A stretch of DNA of 64,000 nucleotides from an uncultured Bacteroidales bacterium. GTDB lineage: Bacteria > Bacteroidota > Bacteroidia > Bacteroidales > VadinHA17. Shown one piece after another: positions 33,775 to 44,400 of this stretch. The first letter of the stretch is position 1, and every line of letters starts with the position of its first letter. The notes beneath the pieces were generated by a model that worked only from the letters and a program-made list of their open reading frames with translations, was not told the origin of the DNA and ran no database searches. A program made the translations under genes and the position numbers. The stretch covers positions 592,686-656,685 of the forward strand of contig CAVVBY010000033.1 of NCBI GenBank assembly GCA_963746685.1, given 5' to 3'.

Positions 33775-35328
33775 ATGAAAAAAGGACATGAGTTCCTAAT
33801 ATTCCTGATAATATGTTTTCTGACACTTTTCATTCCGGGTTGTGTGATATTAAGGCCTCCGAAACTTATTACAGCTCCGGTTACCGATATCGGACCTGCA
33901 AGTGCAATAGGAGGCGGCGATGTGACCAGTGACGGTAATGCAGATTTAATTGTAAGAGGGGTCTGCTGGAGTACTAATAAGATGCCCGATGTTAAAGATA
34001 CTAGAACCACCGACGGACATGAAGTGGGAGTATTTACAAGCAACATTACAGAACTGAAACCTAATACCCTGTACTATGTGAGGGCATATGCTGTAAACAG
34101 CGAAGGCACTTCCTATGGCAGTCAGGTTACTTTTACCACAAGCAAGTTTTCAGGTCCCGAGCTGACAACTTCATCTGTGACAGGAATCACACAGACGGCT
34201 GCTGTCTCAGGCGGAAACATTACATTTGATGGCGGTGTTTCAGTGACCGAAAGAGGAGTTTGTTGGAGCAGCACAAAAACTATTCCGGATATTTCGGATT
34301 CAAGAACAAGCGACGGGTCAGGAACAGGGGTATTCACCAGCAATATTACGGGATTGACAGGTAATACATCATACTATTTAAGAGCTTATGCAACAAACTC
34401 ACAAGGGACAGGGTACGGAGCAGTTAAACAATTTAAAACAAGCCCATTGTTACCGACTGTTACCACTGCAATTCCTTCTGCTACATCAACTACAACCGGC
34501 ACAGGTGGCGGAAATGTAACCAGTGACGGTGGATCTGCAGTCACATCCAGGGGGGTATGCTGGAACATATCAGCCAATCCAACAATTGCAAACAGCAAAA
34601 CAACAGATGGAAGCGGAACAGGTACATTTACAAGCAATATGACTTCCCTAACAGTAAATACTACGTATCATGTCAGGGCATATGCAACCAACAGTGCAGG
34701 TACTGCGTACGGTGTAGACAGAATGTTTACCACCGATCCGCTAACCATCAATGATAATGATGGCAATTTATATGATGTTATTAGGATCGGAACGCAGGTA
34801 TGGACACAGGAAAACCTTAAGACATCAAAGCTTAACGATGGAACAGCGATAGCTTTAACGGATGGAGCCTCAGTCTGGAGCAGTCTGACGACAAGTGGTT
34901 ACTGCTGGTACAGCAACAATACTTCATATAAGGCAACATATGGGGCGCTGTACAACTGGTATGCAGTTAATACAGGCAAACTGTGTCCATCTGGCTGGCA
35001 TGTTCCGACTGATGCTGAGTGGCTCACACTTAAGGATTATCTTGGCGGAGAGCTTGTAGCCGGAGGAAAACTGAAAGAGACAGGAACCTCTCATTGGGCC
35101 TCGCCTAACACTGGAGCAACTGATGAATATGACTTTACTGCCCTGCCCGGCGGATGGCGCACAGACGCAGGTACCTTTCAGAATATCAACAATTTTGGAT
35201 ATTGGTGGACTTCAACTTTGATTTCACCAAGCGTATGGTATCGTCATATACAAAATGATAGTGAAAAACTTTTTAGGGCCACCAATAGCCAAAACTACGG
35301 AATGTCAGTCCGATGCATTAAGGATTGA
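33775..35328 (+). CDS. Lipoprotein: 3 FN3-like repeats + Fib_succ_major (FISUMP) domain
   Basis: Probable lipobox IPGC; three repeats ending YVRAYATN..GT.YG; IGTQVWTQENL, YGALYNWYAV, LCPSGWHVPTDAEW and SVRCIKD motifs. Confidence 0.85.
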   Translation: MKKGHEFLIFLIICFLTLFIPGCVILRPPKLITAPVTDIGPASAIGGGDVTSDGNADLIVRGVCWSTNKMPDVKDTRTTDGHEVGVFTSNITELKPNTLYYVRAYAVNSEGTSYGSQVTFTTSKFSGPELTTSSVTGITQTAAVSGGNITFDGGVSVTERGVCWSSTKTIPDISDSRTSDGSGTGVFTSNITGLTGNTSYYLRAYATNSQGTGYGAVKQFKTSPLLPTVTTAIPSATSTTTGTGGGNVTSDGGSAVTSRGVCWNISANPTIANSKTTDGSGTGTFTSNMTSLTVNTTYHVRAYATNSAGTAYGVDRMFTTDPLTINDNDGNLYDVIRIGTQVWTQENLKTSKLNDGTAIALTDGASVWSSLTTSGYCWYSNNTSYKATYGALYNWYAVNTGKLCPSGWHVPTDAEWLTLKDYLGGELVAGGKLKETGTSHWASPNTGATDEYDFTALPGGWRTDAGTFQNINNFGYWWTSTLISPSVWYRHIQNDSEKLFRATNSQNYGMSVRCIKD

Positions 35329-38300
35329 AAGCGTGATTTTGTGTTTATTATAGCCAACTGTTCATCATACGTTTTATACATGTGATCAAAATTCCTTTGG
35401 ACAGGAATAAAAACAGAGCTTTATTTGCCGTAGATTTTCTTTCTGGTTATTTCCAGTATGACAAAATTAATTTCAGACACAATTAAAATAACAGAATTTA
35501 GTTTAAAACAATTATGTAATTCTTTCAATAAATGAAAAGAAAATTTAGATTATATGCAATTCTGCTGATTACTCTAGGGATTGGAGAAGTGGTTCTTTTA
35601 ACAGGGTGTAAAGAGCATCCGGCAGTACCAACATTAACTACAGCTATTGCTTCAAATATAACAATAAATACTGCCACAACAGGAGGGGATATAACATCGA
35701 ATGGAGGTGCAGAAGTGACATCCAGAGGAGTATGCTGGGGAACTGCTTCACAGCCAGTGTTATCAGGTTCTCATACATCCGACAATAAGGGAAATGGCAT
35801 TTTTTCAAGTAATCTGACCGGATTAACACCAGGGACTCCCTATTATGTCAGGGCATATGCAACCAATGAAGCAGGAACAGCTTATGGCAACGAGATTACT
35901 TTTTCAACGATTGCTCTTGCAATACCTGAACTGACAACTATTACGGTTACCGGAATTACATCCATTTCTGCAGTATCAGGAGGCAATATTATTTCAGATG
36001 GAGGTGCAGCAGTCTCTGCAAGGGGAATTTGCTGGGCAGCCGCGGCAAATCCGACAATCGGTGACAACAAGACAACAAATGGAAGCGGAACAGGGAGTTT
36101 TACGGCCAATATCACAGGATTGACTCCCGGGTCAGCCTATCATGTCAGAGCTTATGCAACCAACAGTGTTGGAACCGCATATGGCAATGATTTGCCATTT
36201 ACAGCCTCGGCAGTAACTCCTACTCTGACAACTTCAATTATAACTTCCCCCACTAGGACGACCGCTGTTTCAGGAGGCAACATAACAAACAATGGAGGGG
36301 CAGCAGTTACAGCCCGTGGTGTATGCTGGAGTACATCCTCAGGGCCTTTGGCCACGGGATCACATACTTCAGACGGAACAGGGAACGGAATATTTACAAG
36401 CAATATTGCAGGGTTGAGCCCTGGTACAACATATTATGTCAGGGCTTATGCAACCAACGCAGCAGGCACCTCCTACGGCAATGAACTATGGTTTCCAACA
36501 AATCCTGTAACGGCACCAACGCTTACAACGACTTCTGTTACCGGTGTTACAATGACAGCAGCTGTTTCAGGAGGCAATATAACAGATGATAATGGCGGAG
36601 CAGTATCTGCAAAAGGTGTCTGCTGGAACACATCCGGCAACCCAACAATTTCAGACTTCAAATCTACAGACGGAACGGGCACGGGAAGCTTTACCAGCAG
36701 TATTGCAGGATTGGCAGCTGGTACAGTATACTTATGTAAGAGCATATGCAACAAACAGTGCCGGAACAGGGTACGGAAGCCAGATCAGATTCTCGACTTC
36801 AGCTTCTGATATAGACGGGAATGTTTATAAAACTGTGGTTATTGGTACACAGCTGTGGATGCAGTCAGACCTGAAAACAACCACGTTGAATAATAATACA
36901 CCAATTCCGTATGTCACCGACAATACTGACTGGAAAAACCTGACCTCCATGGGTTGCTGCTGGTTCGACAACAATCCTTCTTACGGATCCACTTATGGGA
37001 TGATATATAATTGGTACACAGTTGAGACAACCAAGCTATGTCCTTCTGGTTGGCATGTGCCGAGTGATGCGGATTTTAAAACTCTGGAGATATATCTTGG
37101 AATGACTCAATCGGAGGCAGATAATTCTGGATGGAGGGGGACTAATCAGGGAACCCAGTTAAAATTCACTTCAACATGGACTCCTTCAACCGGTACAAAT
37201 TCAAGTGGATTTGCTGGTCTGGGAGGAGGTTACAGGTATGGAGTGGATGGGTCATTTAACGATATGGGTGTTGTTAGTTACTGGTGGAGCTCATCTTTGC
37301 ACTGGGATGATACAACAAAAGCGCTTTATCGTCGTTTAGATAGCAGTGAGGCCGGAGTTTACCGTGAGGGAGTTATTAAAGCCGGCGGTAAATCCGTGAG
37401 ATGCCTTAAGAACTAAGTTTCAGAGAATTAAACATTGATACACAAACCAAAATATAAAAATAAAAACAAACTTAAATTCTAATCACTAATTCACTTTATT
37501 ATGAAGAAAGTCTTAAATCTTTTTGTTATTGTATGTTTCCTGGCAGGTGTTGCAGCGTTTACAAGTTGCAAGAAAACCAACATTCCTACTCTGACAACAA
37601 CTACAATAAGCAGCATCACAACTACTTCCGCTTCATCGGGTGGTAATATTACCGACGATGGCGGAGCAGATGTGACAGCACGCGGAGTATGCTGGGGAAC
37701 CGCAACAAAACCTGAAATTACAGGCTCAAAAACAAGCGATAGTAAAGGTACCGGAAGTTTTACAAGCAGTATTACCGGTTTAACCCCGAACACCAATTAC
37801 TACGTAAGAGCCTATGCCACCAACAGCGAAGGAACAGCCTATGGCAACGAGCAGCCATTTAAAACATTGGATGTCGCCGGGGCAGTAGTCACCACAACCA
37901 AACCTACTTCCATTACATCAACAACTGCTGTATCGGGAGGCAACGTTACCTCTGATGGCGGAGGAACCGTCACAGCCCGTGGTGTATGCTGGGGTACGGC
38001 TGCCAGTCCTGTTGCTACAGGATTGCACATAGCTGATGCCAGCGGAGGAACCGGTACCTTCACAAGCAATATTACCGGATTGACCCCTGGTGCAACATAT
38101 CATGTAAGGGCTTATGCAACAAACAGCTTCGGAACAGCATATGGTGCTGATGAACAATTCAATGCACTGGCTATCCTTCCTGCTGTCACCACAAATACTC
38201 TTGTTTCTGCAGTTACACAAACCACAGCTTCATCAGGCGGAAATGTGACTGCTGATGGCGGTTCTGCCGTGACTGCAAGAGGAGTCTGCTGGACTTCAGG

Positions 38301-38763
38301 AATTGCAGATCCGGTTGTTACAGACGGTCATACTACTGACGGTACAGGAACAGGAACCTTTACCAGCAGTCTGACTCAACTGACGGCCAATACACCCTAT
38401 AAGGTAAGAGCCTATGCAACTAACGCAATTGGTACTGCTTATGGCGCTGTTGTACAATTTTCAACCAGCCCGGTTTTACTGGCTACGGTTACAACAACGG
38501 TTCCATCTACCTATACTGCATCAGGTGCAGTAACAGGTGGGGAAGTTTCAGCCAGTGGCGGAGGAACAATAACAGCACGCGGTGTTTGCTATGGTACAAC
38601 AGCAAATCCTGATATTACCGGTGACCATTCAACTGATGGTGCAGGTATAGGAACTTTCACCAGTACCTTAAGCGGACTTGCTGACGGAACAGTCTATTAT
38701 GTAAGAGCTTATGCAACTAACTCTGCAGGAACCGCTTATGGTTCGCAAGTTCAGTTCCTGACT
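33859..38763 (+). repeat. Eleven intragenic repeats of about 95 aa (about 290 bp), FN3-like, across three genes
   Basis: Consensus P.LTT..T.IT.T.A.SGGNIT.DGG..VT.RGVCW.T...P......T.DG.GTG.FTS.ITGL..GT.YYVRAYATN..GTAYG. Confidence 0.85.
35532..37416 (+). CDS. Lipoprotein: 4 FN3-like repeats + FISUMP domain (frameshift near 36730)
   Basis: Lipobox LTGC-K; ORFs 35532..36809 and 36586..37416 join at the fourth YVRAYATN; ends SVRCLKN. Confidence 0.85.
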
Positions 38764-39379
38764 ATGGTTGCTGATGTTGAAGGTTACTTGTACAAAACGG
38801 TTGTTATCGGTAATCAGGTCTGGATGGCTGAAAACCTCAGAACCACGAAGTATAACGATAACAGTGGCGTAACACCTGTTATCGATGGCACAGCATGGGC
38901 TGCTCTTACTACAGAAGGTTACTGCTGGTACGGCAATGATGAAACCACCAATAAGCCTTTATATGGTGCATTGTATAACTGGTATGCCGTAAATGAGGGT
39001 AATCTTTGTCCGACAGGATGGCATGTTCCAACCGATGCCGAATTCAAAACTCTCGAAATGTCACTTGGCATGACACAAGCTGAGGCTGATGCTACCAATT
39101 GGCGTGGTACCAGTCAGGGTGTTCAGCTTAAGAATACGACAGGATGGACAAGCGGAAATGGGACTAACACAAGTGGATTTTCAGCAATGCCGGGAGGATA
39201 TCGTTATTATTTTGATGGAAGTTTCAATGGTAAAGGGACTATTGGTTATTTCTGGAGCACAATACAGGACAGTCCAGGCCGTGCATTTATGAGGCAGCTT
39301 GATAGCACCCACGATGGAGTCGAACGGGCAAATGCAGGAGAAGCTGCTGGGAAATCTGTAAGATGTCTTAAAAAACTAA
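37501..39379 (+). CDS. Lipoprotein: 4 FN3-like repeats + FISUMP domain
   Basis: Lipobox FTSC-KK; four repeats; IGNQVWMAENL...SVRCLK. The ORF runs to 39447, but removing one A from the run at about 39370 gives CLKN-stop at 39379, just before the terminator. Confidence 0.85.
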
Positions 39380-39396
39380 AACATTTAAAACTGAAT

Positions 39397-39433
39397 AAAA
39401 AAGAGGCTGTCTTTTTAGGACAGCCTCTTTTTT
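39397..39433 (+). terminator. Intrinsic (bidirectional) terminator
   Basis: AAAAAAGAGGCTGTC...GACAGCCTCTTTTTT. Confidence 0.8.
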
Positions 39434-39539
39434 ATTACTCATTCTGAATCAACTTTTTTATCGTTGATAGTTCCTTCAGGATCTTTTTTTTTCGCTGATT
39501 TAAACACATTGAACTGATGAATAAGACCGTTACGCTCAT

Positions 39540-39581
39540 AAGTACTCAAGGAAACAGGAACTTCTCTTTCCTTGAGTACTT
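39540..39581. repeat. Perfect 15-bp inverted repeat with a 12-nt loop
   Basis: AAGTACTCAAGGAAA (39540-39554) and TTTCCTTGAGTACTT (39567-39581). Confidence 0.85.
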
Positions 39582-39703
39582 CAAATAGATAATTCTGATC
39601 AGTACATAAATGAATAACAGATTAATCAGTGCCTTAAATTATCTCCATTACTGCAATATCCTGTAATGTCCCGCCGTTTATATTATAGCTTAACAGAAGA
39701 AAA

Positions 39704-39895
39704 ATGAAAGCCAGAAAATACACTAATTCAAAGAACACTAAGTTTGTCAGGATTGATAATTCCACCTGGATTGAGGCAGACGTGTGGATTCCTGATGAAG
39801 TGGCAAGGATGCAATTCCTTCAGAAAATGCAACTGACCAAACCGGGTCCGTATTTGGGTCAGGTTAAGAATGATAATCTGATTGTAAGCGCCTGA
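39704..39895 (+). CDS. Small hypothetical protein (63 aa)
   Basis: A-rich leader before the ATG and its own downstream terminator; no recognisable domain. Confidence 0.55.
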   Translation: MKARKYTNSKNTKFVRIDNSTWIEADVWIPDEVARMQFLQKMQLTKPGPYLGQVKNDNLIVSA

Positions 39896-39924
39896 CCTCA
39901 AGGATCTGTTGTAAATTATAGCTG

Positions 39925-39948
39925 AAAAGCCCTTTGAAAAGGGCTTTT
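39925..39948. terminator. Intrinsic (bidirectional) terminator
   Basis: AAAAGCCCTT-TGAA-AAGGGCTTTT. Confidence 0.7.
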
Positions 39949-40028
39949 ATAATTAAATGACTTGACACGATATTGCTTTAAAAAATGGTATGAAAAGAAA
40001 ATTGTCATGATTTTAAATTCCTTTTGAG

Positions 40029-40742
40029 ATGAAAAAAACTGGTAGAATTCGGATTAACAGATTAATGATATTGGGACTAATACTAATTCAGATAAATAGT
40101 TGCAAGAAAGAAGACCCAATTACGGTAACTGACATTGATGGTAATACTTATTCTGCTGTTACCATTGGCAAACAGGTTTGGATGGCAGAAAACCTGAAAA
40201 CGACTAAATTAAATGATAAATCGAGCATTACCCTTGTTACCAGCAATAGTACCTGGACCTCCACAACCAGGCCTTCATATTGCTGGTACAACAATGATAC
40301 TACATATAAAGCCTTATACGGAGGTTTATATAACTGGTTTGCTGTTGCGACAGGGAAACTTTGTCCAACTGGCTGGCATGTACCGAGTCATAATGAATTT
40401 AAGGTTTTGGAGAAGAGCTTAGGTATGACTCAGGCAGGAGCAGATTCCTTGGGATGGCGTGGTACTGACCAGGGGAAAAAGTTAAAGAATAGAACAGGGT
40501 GGGATAATAACGGAAATGGAACAAATTCAAGTGGTTTTTCAGCTCTTGCCGGAGGATACAGATATGGTGTAACAGGAGCATTTTTTGATTTGGGGAAGCT
40601 TGGTTACTGGTGGACTTCTGATAAGAACAGTTCTAACCTTGGATTATACAGGCGATTAGATTATAATCAAATCAAAGTTTATGCAGAAGGTGTTAAATTA
40701 CAAGCAGGGAAATATGTAAGATGCATTAAAGACTCAATTTGA
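40029..40742 (+). CDS. Lipoprotein with a stand-alone FISUMP domain (no stalk)
   Basis: Lipobox INSC-KK; TDIDGNTY, IGKQVWMAENL, LCPTGWHVPS and YVRCIKD motifs. Confidence 0.85.
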   Translation: MKKTGRIRINRLMILGLILIQINSCKKEDPITVTDIDGNTYSAVTIGKQVWMAENLKTTKLNDKSSITLVTSNSTWTSTTRPSYCWYNNDTTYKALYGGLYNWFAVATGKLCPTGWHVPSHNEFKVLEKSLGMTQAGADSLGWRGTDQGKKLKNRTGWDNNGNGTNSSGFSALAGGYRYGVTGAFFDLGKLGYWWTSDKNSSNLGLYRRLDYNQIKVYAEGVKLQAGKYVRCIKDSI

Positions 40743-40800
40743 CAAATTATCACTTTAAATACTGACAATCTGCAACCCCCGGATCAACTTTGGGGGCTTC

Positions 40801-41001
40801 TATGTTGTGGGCGATGAGGGATTAGTTTCACTGATCCCTGTTTGGGGAACCCTAACAACTTAAAAGCCGGCGCCACGCTGCGCGTGGCTTATCTGTTTTG
40901 TTTTTGACGTCCTTATTTAAGTAAGCTTAAAACGTCCCTCAAAAACAAAACCGATCCCGCAAATGCGGGACCGGCTTTTATGTTGTGGGCGATGAGGGAT
41001 T
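40801..41001. repeat. 23-bp direct repeat of the tRNA-Val 3' end and trailer, 178 bp apart (att-like)
   Basis: TATGTTGTGGGCGATGAGGGATT at 40801-40823 and 40979-41001; extends to 29 bp with one mismatch. Confidence 0.9.
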
Positions 41002-41060
41002 CGAACCCCCGACCCTCTGCTTGTAAGGCAGATGCTCTGAACCAGCTGAGCTAATCGCCC
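40986..41060 (-). tRNA. tRNA-Val (TAC)
   Basis: The reverse complement folds as GGGCGAT/ATCGCCC acceptor, GCTC/GAGC D-arm, TCTGC-CTTACAA-GCAGA anticodon arm and TTCGAAT T-loop. CCA is not encoded. Confidence 0.97.
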
Positions 41061-41432
41061 TGAATCACTCTGAAACGGCTGCAAATATAATCCAGATTTT
41101 ATTCTCCGCAAAAAAATAGATTTAAAATTCATATAGATTCTTCCAAAACGCTCTTAATCAGTCATCTTTTTCATTGAATGCGGCAGATGTTTTTCTTTAT
41201 AAATATTGTTAATATGTTGAAAACCTGTAAAAATGATGGGGTTGACTGTATGAAAATCACATAAATTCACGTTTACTATATCGCTGAGCCAGAAGATCCC
41301 TGGTGAAAGAAGGAGAATTTTGGCCAGAATAAATTTATTTGTCTGATATACTTGTGAATTGTGAATTTTGATCAAACCTCGAACCTGACCTGTATGAAGT
41401 CTATGTTAAGTTTTTACAGACTTTCTGTTATT

Positions 41433-44400
41433 ATGACCCTGGCACAGAAAGTACTGAAACCTCCGATTCTGATGGTTCTCTGCATTTTCATGGCTTTTTT
41501 TAATGATTCTGAAGCTGAAGTGAATAACATGAATCCGGTTCTGCCTCCTGTGGCAGTATGTAAAAATATTTCAGTTCAGCTTGGATCAGGTGGCACTGTT
41601 ACAATAAACGGTTCTGATGTCGATGGTGGTTCATACGACCCGGATGGAACTATTACAAACAGGACAGTATCACCAAGTACATTCAACTGTTCGCAGATCG
41701 GACCTAATTCTGTCGTGCTGACTGTAACGGATAATGAGGGATTAACCTCAACATGCACATGCAACGGTTAAAGTTGAGGACAAGACGCCGTGATTTCGGC
41801 AACGCATCTTAAAGTGACTGATATAAATAATGGTCTGATAATTGCTCACCGGAATGTTTTATCTCAGCAGAACCATTTCAATTGTTCGATATCGGTCCCG
41901 GTCAATTCTCTGAACTGACGCTTCAGGAAATTCATCTCGTGTACATCGCAGGTCACAGTCTGGATACAATTCTCCGTAATTAATTACAAACCATTTACCC
42001 TTGTCTTGGTCTCAGGAACGGCAACATTCCGGCAGACATAGATAAAACTGATAATTGCGGCACATTACATTGTCAGTTTCTCCTGACACTTTCAGCTGCA
42101 GTGATCTTGGTCAGAAAACTGTAACATTAACAGCACTCGATTCACATGGGAATTCATCATCCCGCAATTTAACAATAAACATTACTTCCACACTCGATAT
42201 TGTCAGTATGTCTCTCAGTACATGCGACATGTCACCAACACTGGCTCTCTTTGATGCAGATACTGAGGGTGGCGATGGAAATTATTCATATTTCTGGAGA
42301 GGACTTAATGCAGCAACAAAGCCATTTATGGTTATAATACCATTTCCTCCTTCACTTCAATTTTCAAACACAACTATTCTTGAATCTCCATTCTTTAACA
42401 ATACAATGGCAAATGGTTATTATGATATCCGTCTTGTTGTCACCGATGGAAAGGGATGTGCCGATTCATCAGAAATAAAAATAAACAAGACAAGTGCCAT
42501 ATTTAATAATCAGACCATGCGGCATTCCCAGGCATGTGAAGGGGAAATAAAAACTCATTCTGTAAACTATAAAAGCGATGCAGTCTATAGCTGGACAGTT
42601 ACAAATGGAACAATTTTAAACAGTAATCCTGATACAAGCAGAATAAGTGTAAGGTGGAATCTTGGTGTTGTTCAGGGGAGGATCAGTAACGACAATTCGC
42701 GAACCAAATATACTGTTCTCAGGCGGACAATGCGAATCCACCATTATCGACACTGTAACGATTACGCCGGTACCAACACCTGTTTTCAGTAATCCTGTTA
42801 CCAGTGTCTGCATCGAATTCAACAAATACTTACACTCTGACCGGTTCGTATGCATATCAAAGCTGGACAGTCACAGGAGGTGTAATTACAGGCGGAGGGA
42901 ATATATCAGATAATTTTGTCACGGTAAGGTGGGGGAGCGGACCGGCAGGAAGCATTTCAGTTTCTGCAGGGAACAATTCAGTCTTGCACCGGTTCAGTGC
43001 TCATTAATGTTACGGTTTCCAATTTATCAGGTTCAATAATATCAAAAACCGACGTTGCCTGTAACGGAGGTTCTGATGGTTCTGTTACTGCAGCAGCTGA
43101 TTCCGGAACAGGTCAGCCGCCATATACCTATTCCCTCAACGGAGGAGCATACCAGTCTTCCGGAACTTTTGGATCATTAACTGCAGGTGCCTACAGCATA
43201 ACTATAAGAGATGCCAACCTGTGCTCTATTATTTTGCCTGTTACTATAATAACACAGCCATCTCTTGCACTGTCAGGGAGTATTTCTGTAACCAATATCA
43301 GCTGTTTTGGAGATATTTCGGGTGCATGTAATCTTACAGTCACCGGCGGAACATCTCCTTATACATACCTTTGGAGTAATGGAGCAGTAACTGAGGATAT
43401 TAACAATATTCCAGCGGGTAATTATTCAGTAACAATAACTGACTCACATGGATGTACAATTGTTGTAAATGCTGTTGTTGCTCAGCCGGCTATTGCCCTT
43501 AATGGAAGTATTACATCCCATTCGGATGTTTCAGTTTACGGTGGCAACGATGGAAGTGTAACTGTCTCAGGATCGGGAGGGACTTCCCCATATGAGTACA
43601 GGCTGGATGGGGGAAACTACCAGGTCATCCGGCACATTCAGTTCGCTGACAGCAGGAACTTACACTATCACAGTCAGGGATGCTGCCATGTGTACTTACG
43701 ACGTTACGGCAACAATTACGCAGCCCTGGATACCATTGACAGCAAATATAATAACCCAGATCAATGTGTCGTGCCAGGGCGGGAGCCACGGAACTGTAAC
43801 AGTCGCAGGATGGGGAGGGACGTTGCCATATCTTTACTCAATTGACGGAGGAGCATTTCAGGCTTCAGGAACATTCGGTTCATTATCAGCCGGAACTTAT
43901 ATTCTAACTGTCAGAGATGCAGCTTTGGATCTGTTTAATATTCCGGTTACTATTACAGAAGCGGAAGCACTTGACGTTACAGTTTCAGGAGAGGATGTCC
44001 ACTGCTTTGGAGGAAATTCAGGCAGTGTGACTGCTACAGTCACAGGAGGTACCGGACCATACACTTATTCATGGAACTCTGTACCCGTACAGATTACCCC
44101 TACCGCAACAGGCCTTACTGCAGGCACCTATTCTGTTACCGTTACTGATGCAAATGGCTGTACTGCGACAAATAATGTTACTATCTCTCAACCTGCTGCA
44201 GATATGGTAGTATCGATTACCCAGGACAATATACTGTGTTCCGGTGGTACGACAGGTAGTGCAACAGCAACTGTTACAGGCGGTTTAGAACCATATACCT
44301 TTTCCTGGAACACAACTCCTGAACAGACAAAAGAGACAGCAACAGATCTTTCAGCAGGACCTTATACTATTACAATTACGGATAGTTACGGATGTGTAAA

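Noticed and set aside
33859-38763. CRISPR-like regular repeats
   Set aside because: The repeats are degenerate, about 290 bp apart, and are in-frame protein domain repeats.
39380-39447. C-terminal extension LKHLKLNKKEAVFLGQPLFYYSF of FISUMP gene 3
   Set aside because: It reads through a clear terminator; one extra A in a homopolymer explains it, and paralogues end at VRC.K[DN].
33775-40985. Complete diversity-generating retroelement acting on the FISUMP genes
   Set aside because: No reverse transcriptase or Avd gene is present, no template repeat was seen in the intergenic regions, and paralogue differences are not adenine-specific.
31083-41060. Genomic island or prophage integrated at tRNA-Val and containing the FISUMP array
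   Set aside because: The only duplicate tRNA end I found is 178 bp from the tRNA and does not enclose the array; no integrase or phage genes are present.
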